Program-made: the position numbers and the translations under genes
Shown here: piece by piece, positions 63,539 through 64,000 of the stretch
Layout of the letters: every line of letters begins with the position of its first letter
Numbering within the stretch: the stretch's first letter is position 1
Assembly (NCBI GenBank): GCA_002796125.1
Contig: PCWA01000109.1
Span: forward strand, 65,347 to 129,346
Reading direction: 5' to 3'
DNA length: 64,000 bases
DNA from: Candidatus Ghiorseimicrobium undicola
Lineage (GTDB): Bacteria > Omnitrophota > Gorgyraeia > Ghiorseimicrobiales > Ghiorseimicrobiaceae
Notes under the pieces: model-generated
Databases searched by the model: none
What the model was told of the DNA's origin: nothing
The model's input: only the letters and a program-made list of their open reading frames with translations

Positions 63539-63585
63539 CCTCAATGGACACATCCGCCGCAGGCGGATAAGTGCGCGTTAATCCC
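63539..63585 (-). repeat. Family-1 intergenic hairpin element, copy E, upstream of spoVG
   Basis: ccTCAATGGACacatccgccgcaggcggataagtgcgcGTTAATccc. Confidence 0.55.
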
Positions 63586-63731
63586 GCTGAGCGTTTAGCA
63601 TGCGGGATAAATTTTACCTCTACCTCTCATAAGGTAGACACACTTGCGACAAAAATTCTTGCAGAAATTTTGGAAATTTTTAAGGAAAGAAATTTTAGAA
63701 GCTTTAAGATTTAATTCTGGGGGGGTAGCGG

Positions 63732-64000
63732 CTATCTTCTTTGCTCTATTTTATCGCGCAGGCCGCGGATTATTCGCTGGACATCGCCTTGGCCTTTTCC
63801 GCGCCAGGCTTCATAAATCATAATCAAGGTGCGCGTACTGCCGCTATCCAGAATCCATTTTAAGCTGAATACAGCGGCTAAAACCAGAAACTGCAAAAAA
63901 TAGCGGCTAAGCAGAAAAGATAAAACAAAAGATATAAAAGCGAGAATTTGCCATCGGTAATTAAAAACCGTATTTTTCGGCTTCTTTTTATAGATATCTT
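63732..64000 (-). CDS. Hypothetical protein, C-terminal fragment; runs off the window
   Basis: Open minus-strand frame ending ...IMIYEAWRGKGQGDVQRIIRGLRDKIEQRR* with the stop at 63732-63734. No family recognised. Confidence 0.35.
   Translation of the reverse strand, partial: DIYKKKPKNTVFNYRWQILAFISFVLSFLLSRYFLQFLVLAAVFSLKWILDSGSTRTLIMIYEAWRGKGQGDVQRIIRGLRDKIEQRR

Noticed and set aside
62460-63551. ORF-track starts at TTG or GTG codons for comM (62460), the four-helix-bundle gene (62853), spoVG (63551), oppB (46015), carA (60743) and the first ATG of smc (35071) and acd (40115)
   Set aside because: In each case an in-frame ATG, or a TTG for acd, a few codons downstream is preceded by a strong GGAGG-type RBS and yields the conserved family N-terminus. 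The longer versions start inside repeat elements or lack an RBS.
5221-63560. Short plus-strand ORFs starting at the ATG inside the conserved AATGAGC flank of the family-1 elements (for example MSTSAYGEISAN)
   Set aside because: The ATG is simply part of the conserved flank. The downstream reading frames have different lengths and contents in every copy. The variation pattern fits base-pair conservation, not codon conservation.

Overview
This 64-kb window is a gene-dense chromosomal segment from a low-GC bacterium. More than 90% of it is coding, and nearly every gene is on the minus strand. The content is core housekeeping. It holds rpoC' and rpoB, then the cluster rplL-rplJ-rplA-rplK-nusG-secE-tRNATrp-rpmG-tRNAThr. 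It holds a GAF/HD-GYP gene with two receiver-only response regulators. It holds ksgA-pdxA-surA, a short mfd, secDF-yajC, rpsP, trpE, the his operon hisD-B-H-A-F-I, and alaS-recX-htrA-recA. On the plus strand there is a divergent GAF-GGDEF gene. Further on are smc, the operon acd-CPBP-etfB-etfA, a GNAT gene, glgC, the opp operon oppA-B-C-D-F, and secG-tpiA-pgk. After these come mscS, hflKC, a divergent zinc-ribbon/ubiE-like pair, carB-x-carA, comM, an Avd-like four-helix-bundle gene, yraN and spoVG. I found no transposase, integrase, phage gene, CRISPR array or recognisable defence gene. The unusual content sits in the short intergenic spacers. One repeat family has at least 11 oriented copies wedged between stop and start codons: a hairpin with conserved flanks ATTAATTCGC...GCTCATTAA and variable, covarying stems. 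Modular hairpin units build BIME-like mosaics, including nearly identical 107-bp direct repeats bracketing tpiA. A second 82-bp repeat pair follows the recA and etfB stop codons. A 13-nt motif occurs three times and forms a competing long-range stem in the hisB-hisH spacer. A terminator hairpin sits 8 nt upstream of carA, behind a consensus promoter. Gene-level oddities include an unknown membrane protein inserted between carA and carB. The Avd-like gene exactly fills the yraN-comM gap and is flanked by 7-mer repeat blocks. The Mfd lacks both terminal modules, and a CPBP protease is embedded in the acd-etf operon. All coordinates and calls come from reading the sequence and translations; no database search was possible.
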